A DNA stretch of 64,000 nucleotides from positions 1,769,637 through 1,833,636 of the forward strand of contig NW_003314265.1 of assembly GCF_000143415.4 (NCBI RefSeq), given 5' to 3'. Position numbers and translations under genes: made by a program. This DNA comes from Selaginella moellendorffii (Eukaryota > Plantae > Lycopodiophyta). The notes under the pieces were generated by a model. The model was given only the letters and a program-made list of their open reading frames with translations. It did no database searches and had not been told where the DNA came from. This document shows, piece after piece, positions 12,149 through 28,162 of the stretch (position 1 is its first letter; every line of letters starts with the position of its first letter).

Positions 12149-12553
12149 TGTCAAGACCCCCAACAAGATCAAGACTGGAAAATGCTAAAGACAAAGAGAA
12201 AAAGCTAGTGAAAACAAAGAAGAGGTCTTAGATTGGTGTTGATTCAGATTGTGGAGAAATGGAACAAGGCTAACCTATATATACTATAGGTTGATGAAGC
12301 TCCACCACTCTTGGATCGAGGACGGCCTAAATATAGCTGAGGTCGAGGAGGCGCCACATCAATATCAAAAATGTGGCTCGAGACTCAGGAATCGGGAAGT
12401 GTCTTGAGAGTCAGGAATAGGGAAGTGTCTCGAGAGTCAAGAATGTCTCGAGAGTCAGGAATAGGGAAGTGTCTCGAGAATCAGGAATGTGGTCTGCAGG
12501 TCAGGAATCCGGCGAGAGTCAGGAATGTGGCAAGAATTGGGGGATTCCTGACA
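12149..12553 (-). repeat. 5' LTR of element 2
   Basis: TG...CA; TATATATA at 12276-12283; 44 bp longer than the other LTR because of extra tandem units. Confidence 0.93.
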
Positions 12554-12719
12554 AGTATATGGTTTATCTAAGGGGCTCCTTGCACAGTGGAAACGACCGT
12601 ATTGGGTGTTGTGGCAAGTTGGACTACAAGTTTATGAGGTTTGGCATAACATTCAGGAGGCCGATCCTCCAGAGATTGTGCATGTAAACGCTTCATACAA
12701 AGGAATCAAGAATAGTTAA
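12554..12719 (+). pseudogene. Host gypsy integrase, part 3 (GPY/F module)
   Basis: YGLSKGLLAQWKRPYWV...VYEV...IVHVN in frame with part 2. Confidence 0.85.
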
Positions 12720-12767
12720 TACCACCTACAAATCCACTTATGCCTCCTCCTAACGTTCTTTCAAATC

Positions 12768-13712
12768 TGTAGTGCACTTTATCTCTCTTCCCTTAAGCCA
12801 ACTGGAAAAGGGGCAATTGCTTGATAAGAGAGCCCTTAGTGGCTATTTTATCCCCATTTATCCCCCAAGGTTCCAAGGATCCACGATGACAGTATATCTA
12901 AATTTTATCCCATGATCACATGTGTTACACTCACCCCCCCTTCAGAGATGTCAATGTCCTCATTGACTATTGACTAACAACCCCTACTGAGCCAAGGGGA
13001 ACCAGCACCTCCATTTCCGCACTGAATCTACCAATCCTTCCATTGTGTAGACTAGCTATCAATATATCCAAATCTTATCCCATGATCACATCATTGACTA
13101 TTGACTAACAACCCCTACTGAGCCAAGGGGAACCAGTACCTCCATTTCCGCACTGAATCTACCAATCCTTCCATTGTGTAGACCATCTATCAGTATATCC
13201 AAATCTTATCTCATGATCACATGCACTACACTCACCCCCCTTCAGAGATGTCAATGTCCTCATTGACTATTGACTAACAAATCAAAATTATATACTATTA
13301 TATACTATTGTTAGTATATCCAAATCTTATTCCATGTGAAGCAACTAGTCATCCACCCGTACCGCAGTCCCACGGTGGATACCTTCATCCGTGGATATTC
13401 CACACAAGAGGAAGGACGTACGCATGGATGCTCAATATGTACGATTTCATATTTAGGGGTAGGAATATACCTTACTCAAGGGTATATTATACTTTTAAGT
13501 AGCCACTAATCAATGGGAATCGAACTTGTGCCATTTTCTCTGATACGAACTATAACGCACCTTATCTTTCTTCCCTTAAGCCAACTAAAAAAAGGGCAAT
13601 TGCTTGATGAGAAAGCCTTTAGTGGCTATTTTATCCCCATTTATCCCCCAAGGTTTCAAGGATCCACGGTGACAGTATATCCAAATCTCATCCCATGATC
13701 ACATGCACTACA
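12768..13712 (-). mobile_element. TRIM-like miniature LTR element with internal tandem duplications
   Basis: About 160-bp terminal direct repeats (12768-12929 and 13551-13712) with TGTAGTG...CACTACA ends; PPT-like CTCACCCCCCC after the left repeat; degenerate Met-PBS CTCTGATACG before the right repeat; flanks AAATC and AGATC. Confidence 0.7.
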
Positions 13713-14570
13713 AGATCCCAGCCCATCTACAAGAAAACCCTAATAGTCTTCCATTATTTCGAGAGAAGGGGATGATTTGAGGGTTAAGTGTATGGCTACG
13801 ATACTATATACTAATATTAGTGTAGTGGGATTTTGGTAGCCATCGGATTAGTTTCAATCCAGACCACTTACTCCTGTATATAAGTTAATTGATATGCACA
13901 TTTTCTATCTTCCTTTGCATATTCCAAGCACTCACAGTAGTTTTAAAATTTTACTAGTTTTTTCTTAATGTCTAAAAAGGAGAGGGTTTTTCTTTAATGT
14001 TAACATGGGATCTATGTATATGTAACTATGATTTCAGTACTTTTCATTTTCTCTTTGGTTTTTTTTTTATTTAGTAAAATTTTGCAATGGTTTTTAATTT
14101 AACATTACTACATCTAATGATTAAATTTGTTCTAAATATTTCTGCAATGCAAGTTAACTTCAATTCATTGAGCCAAAGTTTTTTTTTTAAACTGTTTTCC
14201 TATTATATTTTAAATACATTTTTGCAACAACAAAGATTTCATAATGGTATTTTTTTCATAACTTTATTATCACTACCTCCTCAAAAAAACTAACTCTAAA
14301 ATGGACATGGCTAAGCCTAGGATAGCCATTATTGTGCTCAAATCTTGATCACCCTTGCTCATCATGTTGTTCCCAATCCTCCCCCTCTGCCCTAGCTCCC
14401 ACAACCCCTTCTTCTTGCCCCTGCTGCTGCCTCCCAAGACGTTCCATCGCCCACAAACCATTTTTCCTGCCGTCCATGTCATTGTCCCGCTTCACTTTGT
14501 TTTACGTATTGACCGCTACAGCACGTGCCGCTAGTGGGGAATATATAACAACGAGGAACCGGAGCTTTGA

Positions 14571-16961
<2,391 letters not shown>

Positions 16962-17282
16962 AAAGACTCTTAATCGTATTAAATATGTTATAAGCTTTAT
17001 ACAAAGATGTTGCCGTCGATAGGGTACGAGATGGACGGCTGGATAGCGACCAGAGGCCCGAGCACGTGGCCCAATCCCCGGCGTCCTGCGTGGCGCCCTT
17101 ATCTCCGTTGCTTGTTAGGACCGCTAAATCCGGCATCTGACGGTGCCCAGATGCTGGCAAAGAATAGAGCCATTTTTTCTGATTGGGGAAAGAAAGTTTG
17201 CAGCTCTCTTTCTTTTCCATTCTTTTTTTTCCCCCTTCGTGCTTTAAAGTGTGTGCATGGCTTAACTAGGAAGTGTTTATAT

Positions 17283-18685
17283 CAAGGTTAGTCCCAAGCA
17301 TTCTAAATAACGATCAGTCAACTGATCAACTGTGGTTATCGACTGGCCATGAAAGTGCCAAATGGTTGAATGGTTCATAAATTTTTTTTTATAAAAAAAG
17401 AAATATTTTTAGTAAAACCACATTAATAAAAGTAGAAAAACCAAAGCATTAAACTAAACCAAACTAAAGCAAAGTAAAGCATTAAACCAAACCAAACTAA
17501 TTATTACTCATCTTTTTCAACATTTGTGGCAAGTTCTTTGACATCTTTGGCATCTTTTTTAACAATCACATCCTCATTTAGATGATTTTCTTTAGTTAAA
17601 TCTTTTATACCAAGAGATTCAAGCCTAATTTGCATTTTTACAATTCTAATCCATTGTGGTTCGATTGCAATTGTGTCGAGATTAATATTTAAGAATTTTA
17701 TTCCTTCATTTTCAACACAATCTACCACTTTGGTTTTACTATGCACATAAACCAATTTCTTGAAGTTCTCCAGAAGTAAGCGATTGTGTCATTTGGTTTT
17801 GATTAAGTTCCAACTATTCTAAGTTTGCTCACATGGAAAAAAAACATATTCTTTGGCTCAATAAATGAAGTGTTAACTTCCTAAACTCAAGCATCTTATA
17901 TTTATAGGATTCCCATAAAAAACTAAGAATTTCATTTTTGTTTTGCTTTTTGGCAAGTCTTAATTGATAGCTCTTCCAATTCTTTGTTCAAACATATTGA
18001 ATTGCTCATTCAACTTCTCTTCTAACTGAATGTCCCCATAATAATAGATTGATAAGTAATCTGTCCAATCACTTCTTACTTCAGCATTTAAACCTTGCTT
18101 AAGGTACAAAGGATTCAAAGCATGTATAATATTGTGCATAGAGCTATGCATCATAAACCATCAAACTTTCCATCCATAAATAATTACATTTTCAACACCT
18201 AACTCCTTTGTTAAGCTTGGCAACATGGGACCATGCCCAATCGAGTGCCATTGTTACCAAAATTGCTAAAATTGCTAGAATCAAATCTTTGAAATCACTG
18301 GAATCCTTATTTCCATTTTAAGGCAAAAATTACAGTTCAAGCATGGGCGATTTGCAAGGCCTGAAAGCGGAGGCCAACCGACTGGAGAGTGTCGCCCTAC
18401 ACACGCAGCTCCTATAGCCCTCTTGGTCAGATTTGATGTAGGTTTGCTGGGCTGGGCATTCGTGGATGGATGGATTGCTCCATAGCAGCAGGAGAACCAG
18501 CAAAGCAGTGGAGATGCAGTGGCGATGGCGATAGCCACAGCAACATCAGAAATCTAGCCATTGCAAGCACGATTGCCATTATAATCGCCATACGGAATCA
18601 CCAAATGGAGCTGTCCGACTGCGTTCGGCCGACTGCGTTCAGCAGCGGTTGGGATTCCGGCCGAACGCAGTCAGGACCAACAATG
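17283..18685 (-). mobile_element. Decayed hAT-family DNA transposon
   Basis: Absent from the paralogous site at about 22980; imperfect TIRs CAAGGTTAGTCC and GGACCAACAATG; subterminal GACTGCGTTCGGCC repeats; transposase remnants HALNPLY and CEQT*NSWNLIKTK*HNRL...KLVYVH. Confidence 0.78.
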
Positions 18686-18879
18686 CCACATTCTCTTTCC
18701 AGAGATCTTCGCCCATCTGTGAGCCGCAGAGAATCGCCATAGAATACTCCCCAGGATCATCCATTCTTGTCCGCAGCCAGCCGCTAGCACGCGGTCAGCT
18801 CCTCCTCCCCTTCTTCCTTTCCTTGTTAATAAGGGGAGGGGAGCGATCGACCAATTTTGGGATGGTCACCGTTTAGATT

Positions 18880-20157
18880 CTTTCATTCCTTCTTTCATTG
18901 TCACGAAGAACCGAGTCCGGTATTGGCTAAATACGGCACTTTGCACCTGCAAAAATCCTAGGTGCATTATAGAACAATCCTTTCCTTGCTAATGCTTACC
19001 TCCATTCTCTGCACTTTCTCAAAAAAATCGAAGTACGGCATCTTCGGCCTGTATTTCCACCACCTTCAGGCAGCCCAGAAACATTGCGGAGGAATAACCG
19101 GTTCTTCTTTTTTCTCAGCAATATCCTTGGCCATCTCCTCGCTGTCCAAGAGGACAACAGCTTGTTAACGCATCAGTGTCATCAAGGAAGACAATCAGGA
19201 GGGAATCGAAATATCGGTTTTCGTGACCTTCGGCACCTTTGTTCAATTCTTGCGCTGCCGCTGCTTCATTGCTATCATCGTCCCACGCGTGCTCTCCAAC
19301 GAACGAAGGATCGTGACGATAACTCCCATCGGGTTGCAGTAGATGCTTTCGTACGCGAACACCGCCAGGCATATTTTCTCGCCATTGAAGCTTCTCCAGT
19401 CTATTCCAAACAAAACAACAGATCCATCAAAAGACGTCTTCGAGACAAATCTAGCTTACTTGCGAACGTTTTCCAATGTTGGTTCTGGAATCGTTGCCTC
19501 TAAGTACGCTTCAGTCAATTCCTTGGCCTCTCTTTTGCTTAGCCGAGGTGTGGTTGCCGCTACGTAGAGACCTCGGAAGGAACCAATGACCAGGAGAAGG
19601 TACAGAACAAGCGCTCCAATGTGTTGAGCATCCAACTTCTGAGAAACAAAACCAAAAACAATACTGGTTTGAGAATCAACATCAATCTGCCAGAGAAATC
19701 ATACCTTCGATCGCTCCCATTGGTGCCAGGCTACGATTCGAGGCCATACCTTAAGCCTGAAATCCTCGAGCAGCTCCTCACCTTATCTTCCTCTAGCATC
19801 TTGCGCTGTTGACGCCGCTCTGTCAAAGACGTGAGACGCATTCTCGTGTAATTCCTTGTACCGAGCAGTCACGACCTCCTTAATCTTCTCTCCATCCACC
19901 CCAGCGTCGGCCTTTAGACCCTGGACAAAATTCCCGTAATCTCTGCTCAGCGCGGCTCTCAGCATTTGATTCCACGACTGCTCCGGCACCGATTGGTCGT
20001 CACTACTCAGCTGCGCGCTAGGGCGAGCTCGAAATCTACTCCTAGAGCCTGCATTTATCCTCTGGACGTCGCTGCCAAACGATCTATCCACAAAATCAGT
20101 ACCGCAAGCGACCGCCGGGAGATGGAATGTCGGGGATGCTCTAGAGAGAGGCGCCAT
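18880..20157 (-). pseudogene. FTSH12: Truncated FtsH12-like chloroplast protease gene (N-terminal exons only)
   Basis: Motifs KELTEAYLEATIPEPT, HDPSFVGEHAWDDD, RWWKYRPKMPY and VTMKEG recall the FtsH12 N-terminus; frameshift in exon 1; TGA at 19066-19068; no AAA or protease domain. Confidence 0.8.
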
Positions 20158-20295
20158 AGCCGAGAGCTTGCATTGCTCTCGGGGTTTAGGGCTTATGCTA
20201 GATAGATGCTCGGCGATTATTAAGAGGTATATTCTCCGGACTATCCACGTTGCTGCTAATGGGGAATATATAAGAACGAGGAAGCGGAGCTTTGA

Positions 20296-22635
<2,340 letters not shown>

Positions 22636-23205
22636 AAAAAAGTGTTCTTAGTTGTATTAAATATGCTATAAGCTTTATACAAAGATGTCGCCGTCCATAG
22701 GGTACCAGATGGACGGCTAGATAGCGACCAGAGAAAAGGCGAGCATGAGCACGTGGCCCAATACCCAGTGTCCTGCGTGGCGCGCTTATCGCCGTTGCTT
22801 GTTAGGACCGCTAGATCCGGCATCCGACGGTGCCGACCTACCGGCAAAGAATAGAGCCCCGTGTATTTTGTCTGATTAGGGAAAGGAAGCTCGCGGCTCT
22901 CTTTCTTTTCTTCTCCCTCGTCCTCTTTCTTCCCCCTTCGCGCTCCGGAGCGCGTGCATAGCTTAGCTGGGGAGCATCCACATTCTCTTTCCGGAGATCT
23001 TCGCCCATCTGTGAGCCGCAGAGAATCGCCATAGAATACTCCCCAGGATCATCCATTCTTGTCCGTGGCAGCCAGCCGCTAGCGCGCGGTCAGCTTCTCC
23101 TCTTCTTCCTTTCCCTGTTAATAAGGGGAGGTGAGCGATCGACCAATTTTGGGATGGTGGCCTTCTAGATCAGGATCAGGGTTCCTCGCGGTCGGAGATT
23201 TTTTC

Positions 23206-23694
23206 ATGGGTTGGATTTGCAAAGTCATCCTAATGCCGCTGCGCCGCGCATGGGAGGTGGTGGTTCTCCGGATTCAGCACAACAAGCGCGGTACGTGTTC
23301 TTCCTTTGATACCTTTTTCCGAAGTAGGAAAAATATCATCCTTGAATCCGTCAATGCGTAGATCTTTGAGCTTTTGCACCACCTCAAGACTGTACTTTTC
23401 GTTCCTGGTTCTTCCTTGTCGCTCTTGGTACTGCTGTCGCTGGCTTTTGTTCTTGATTTGTATCGCTTTGTTCGTGATTCCAATCTGATCTTCTCTCGTT
23501 TCTAAAGCTTCTGTTTCGTCTTTCCAGGCCGGCGCGGAATTGGGATGCTCTACGACGACGTTCAGCTGTGCGCTTACGAGGACGTCCAAGTTATGTGGTC
23601 CATGCTGCAGCACTCGTCCACGACAGAATCACAGCAGACGAGGTCGTCGAGGCTGTCCAAGTTTTGGCTCTGCCACAAGCCCCGGGCCTTCTGA
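23206..23694 (+). CDS. Small conserved plant protein of unknown function (83 aa; exons 23206-23290 and 23528-23694)
   Basis: Spliced ORF MGWICKVILMPLRRAW...LYDDVQLCAYEDVQVMWSML; GT-AG intron; frame closes at 252 nt. Confidence 0.8.
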
Positions 23695-23916
23695 GGCTCT
23701 CGGCAGAGCAGCGATCTCGTCCAGCTCCCACACAAGGTTCCTTTTCCCTTTTCCTGCTCTGGCTAAGAACAAGGCAGGGATCAAATCTTTCAGATGGGAG
23801 CGAGGAAAACCAAAAAAGAAAACACAGAAGCAGAGCTATAGCTATAGGTGGGCATGGGGAGAAATAGTTCGAGTGGTCGTCAAGGTGTCTCAGTAGTGGC
23901 GCATATGTAGACAAGG

Positions 23917-23951
<35 letters not shown>

Positions 23952-24700
23952 CAGCAGCTTTTCAAGGCGTGTAAATGAAATGCGGAAAGAGGGGAGGGAT
24001 TGCCACTGTAATTATCACCAAAGGGGTCGAGAAAGAAAAAGAGGAAGAGCATCACCACCACCATCTTTTCTTTTGTGGTCGGTCACGGATAGATCACCCA
24101 TCCTTCTCGACACTCTTAGAAAGACCCCACTTTGATTCCCTTGCAGTCCAACCAAGTTCCACTTTCAATCAAGGACTGGATAGATAGATGGAAGTTTTAT
24201 ATACGTATATATTTCTTTTCTAGTCTACTTGGTCCTCGAAGAACAACTTCCAAAGCTACCACTCCTTTTTCTCCTGGTGTTTAGGTGGCGCCATGGCGGT
24301 GTTCTTCCAGAAAAGAAAACTTCCAAAGTCCTTTTCATTGATCACGTCACAGATCTTTGAAAGCGGCCAAATTCCTGCCCTGGGAGGGATGGATCACGGC
24401 GGAGGAGACCAAGTGAAAAAAAAAAAATCACCAAGAAAAAGAAACAAGATGTCACCAAAGATTGTTAAAGATCGCAATCCAATCCTGTGACAAGCGTCTG
24501 CGTCTCTGTTCTTCGAAGCATCTTATTCCTGTTTTGGGACCCGCGGAAGAGCCTTTGTCATCAAACACTGACATGGGAGCTGTACAGACCTCTTGTTTGC
24601 GTGATGAGCTTCTTCTTCTCCTGCTGCTGCTGCTGCTGTTTGGCGATGGTGGCGTTGTGTGATCCCCACCCCTCGCCCCTCCAACCAAGCTTTTCCTCGC

Positions 24701-27700
24701 CTAGCGAGAGTCCATTCCCACCGGCGGGGGTGGCCGGTCTCCCTTGATAACGTCCAGCAACATCTTCCGCCTGGCGTTCGCAAAGAAAGACTGGCGGTAG
24801 TCGAGCGCCTCCTCCATCTTGCGCAACCGGTCCAGCGCATCGTTGTCGTCCTGCTGCTTGCAACGTGTCCACACCTTGAGAGTCGTTTGACGAAACGGGC
24901 GGTGGTGGTTCTCAATCTGCCACGCAAAAAGGCCGCGCTGACAATCAGAAATCGAAAAGAAATCTGCCTGTACCATGGTCTGGAGAACGTCCAGTGCCGC
25001 ATTTGCATCGTGGTTCACAATGTGTGCGTCAGCCAAAAGCATGTAAGTCCACTTGTCTGGCTTGAATCCCGCCTCCTTTATGTAGTCGTACACCCTCAGA
25101 GCGTCCTCCGTCTATACAGCAACACCAACAAACGGGAGTTAGAGACGCTCTTAGCCTGTAGCATGAAAACAAAAGCCGGCCTAACCATCTTCGTTCTTCC
25201 CAGCGCATGCAGCAGCGCATTGCAGGAGTGAATATCGGGCCTTAGGCCAAACACGCTCTCGATCGCTTCAAACGTCTGGTATGCACGCTCAGAATCCCAG
25301 AGGTTGGCACACCCCTGAATAACGCAGTTGATGGCAGCTATAGACACACCTTGCTTTTTCGTGTGCGCCTCTTCCAGCTTGTAATAAGCCTGCAAAAAGA
25401 GAGAGACATGAAAGAAGTGTTGAAAGCAATGACAAGGATAGGAATAACTCTTACCGCATCCAAAGCTGCCGCGCCACCTCGTGAGCACGCCGAAGCAAGC
25501 GACTTTAGCGACGTAAACGGCGAAAAGGCCTCCGTATCGCTGTCTTGCTTCCGCCCGTGATGGACCTCGAGCTCCCAGACTGCTCTAAAAGCTGTTGACA
25601 TATCTCCACTCAGAGCGAGGGCATGGATGCGAGCAAGATACGCCTCCACGGACGGGGTTTTCCCGATTCCTTGGGTGTGGTGAACGAGAGCCTCCCAAGC
25701 ATGGTTGCATAAAGCTGTATCACCTGTTCTTGCGGCTGTTCCCAGAACAGCTATCATAGTGCCTTCGTCCAATATCATCTTCGGACCGAACTTCGCCATG
25801 GGCCTTTCAGTGATAGCAGCTAACGCAAGGCGAGCGCACTCGTTGTCATCAACTTCACTCGCGGCCATCAGCAGCTCCGCGCAAGTGTTCAGCATCGGGA
25901 GAGGCAGTTTTCCAGCCTGACCAAGACAGAAAACATTCTCATCAGATACAATGGCATAACTCTTCCAGGGTCTCACCTTGAGATCTTTCAACAGAGAGGC
26001 CGCAAGCTTCGTCTGATGAGAACGGGCAGTGGCCAGAGCTACCTCGTTTATCGTTGTCCTGCTGGGCTCAAAGCCTTTGTCAAGCATGGCCTTCACGTAC
26101 TTCGTAGCCGCCAAGACTTTGCGGTCATGTGCACACAGAACCACGACCAAGTTGTAGGAGTCAGCGTCGGGCTGTGCATGTGGCCCCTCCTTTTCCATTC
26201 TGCACGGTTAAAACCAGTAGCATAGTGCCACAAAGATAACGAAGAGCTTACTTACTGCTCGAGAAGCTTTTCGGCCATGGCTGAATCCTTCTTGCGAAAC
26301 AGAGCGCGAATGAGAATGTTGTAGCCGTTTAAGTCACGTGGAAGGCCCGACTCCTCCATCTCAGTCACCACCTCCTGGAGCTCCGCAAAGTTGGCCTCGT
26401 GCTTCACCTTCGCCTGCATGTAAAGGTTATACAGCCTCCGGTCTGGCTTGTTGCACTCGAGCGTGACAGGATTGATCTTCGTTCGCCAATCTTCGAAAAG
26501 AGCAATGGCCTCGGGAACCTTTCCTTCCGTCAGGCGGTTGTTCAGCTCGTCCGCTACAGCATTGGCGTCCATCGGAGCAGGCTCGGCGGCTGGAGTAGAC
26601 AAAGAGAGGCGCAGAGAAGGTGGTGGAGTTGCCGGCGACGCTTCCACTGTTTCTTCCGGCTTTGCATTTAGAGCCTCAAATATGGGTGCGGCTGGCGATG
26701 GAGACTTGCCACCTTTCTCTACGCTCTCCAAGAGCATGTTAATAGCTGCGTTTGTCTTCTCCGCGGACGGCGAAGATGGATCAAACCGAGGTGAAAGCTT
26801 CGGCGACGAGGGAGGCTTCGCAGCATCTGGAGGAGTCTTATCTCCAGTCTCCCGGATCTTTGAACGAAGAAACTCGAAAACCGCGGTGTCCGCCAAAGGA
26901 GTCCCCGGCTTGCTCGACGTGGCGGCCTTCTTCGCCACCTTTGAAGGCACAACTTTGGTAGTCGCTGCTGCTGCTCCTGCTGCTGCTGCTTTCGGCTTCT
27001 CAGTTGCTGGCTTTGCTGCTGCCGGGGTCGCGGGTTTCTCCTCCTTTTTCTCACTCTTCGCGGTCTCTGGCTTTTCACCCTTGGGCTTCTCCGTAGTACT
27101 TTGAGACGCAGCTGGCTTCGCTTTGGCAGGCGAAGGACTACCAGTTTTCGTTGCAGCTTCTGGTGGAGCGGAAGCTGGTGGAGCAGGAGCTGGCGGAGTA
27201 GGGGCTGGAGGGGCAGGAGCACTTGGCACAACTGGAGCTAGAACTTCGGCGGGTGGCAATCCCTTGATAAACTCGTGGACACTCGCTGAGAGTTCCTCTA
27301 GGCTCTTCTTAGTTGTAGTGGACGTCGCAGCTTCTCCAGCTCCAGCGTCGACGGTGGCTTCCACCACTACCGATTCCTCATGCGAAAGTTCTCCTCCCTC
27401 CTCCATAACACTTTCCACCTCCACGGCACTCTCCTCCCCAACAGCACTCGCCTCCACAACACTTTCTACCTCCACAGCACTCTCCTCCAGAGAATTCTCC
27501 ACTGGCTCAAGAACCTCTCCCTGGATCCCAGCTACTTCCACTCCATTCTCGGTCTCTTCCAATCTATAAGCTCCATCCTCCTGGGTCTGGAGGAGCTCCG
27601 CCTCCTCCTGCGAGTAAGCATGCAAGGCCGGATCGCCCTCTACCTCCTCCGCCTGAGCCTCTTGCTCTACCTCTTGCACCGCGGCCGGCGATACCTGGTT

Positions 27701-27979
27701 GCGATGGAAAAGCTTGGACAGGAAATCCAGTCCCAAGATGGACTTCTTCCTGGGGACTGAGCTCTCCGGATCGTCGGGAGCGCCCGGAGCTTGAAATACC
27801 TGCGGGGAAGAACCCACATTCCTCGCCAGAGGCACCAATCCCAATGCTACGATGCCCTGACATGGGGCACGACCCGATCCAGCGGCACCACTGCCAAGAA
27901 CCCTCCCTGCCTGGAGCAGCCGCCCTAAGTCCTTCACTCGCTGATGCCGCTGCGTGCCAAGAACTCGCCACACAACCAT
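24701..27979 (-). CDS. P-class PPR protein, At1g26460-like (mitochondrial type), with long Glu/Ala/Pro-rich N-terminus
   Basis: PPR motifs; SPFTSL..CS, AAINCVIQGCANLWDSERAYQTFEAI and KPDKWTYMLLADAHI; multi-exon. Confidence 0.85.
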
Positions 27980-28162
27980 GACTCGGTATGGATCGCTGAT
28001 CTAACCTGTGATGTCTCCCATCGCTGGGAAGAGCAGCCGTAACCGCGATGGCGACTCTCACATTCGTCTCCTACCTCTGGCACAAGGTTTAGGGTTTATC
28101 CCCAGACAATCTTAACCGTCGGATAGAGTACAAAATTCCAGTCAGTTTGTCAAAATTCCGGA

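Larger units (their letters stand above)
7591..12553 (-). mobile_element. Ty3/gypsy chromovirus LTR retrotransposon 2 (Tcn1/Tf1-sushi-like), defective
   Basis: LTRs 7591-7951 and 12149-12553; TSD AGTAT at 7586-7590 and 12554-12558; gag-PR-RT-(RNase H)-IN-chromodomain on the minus strand; PPT at 7952-7965. Confidence 0.96.

Noticed and set aside
12768-13712. Cassandra element carrying 5S rRNA
   Set aside because: No recognisable 5S sequence in the terminal repeats.
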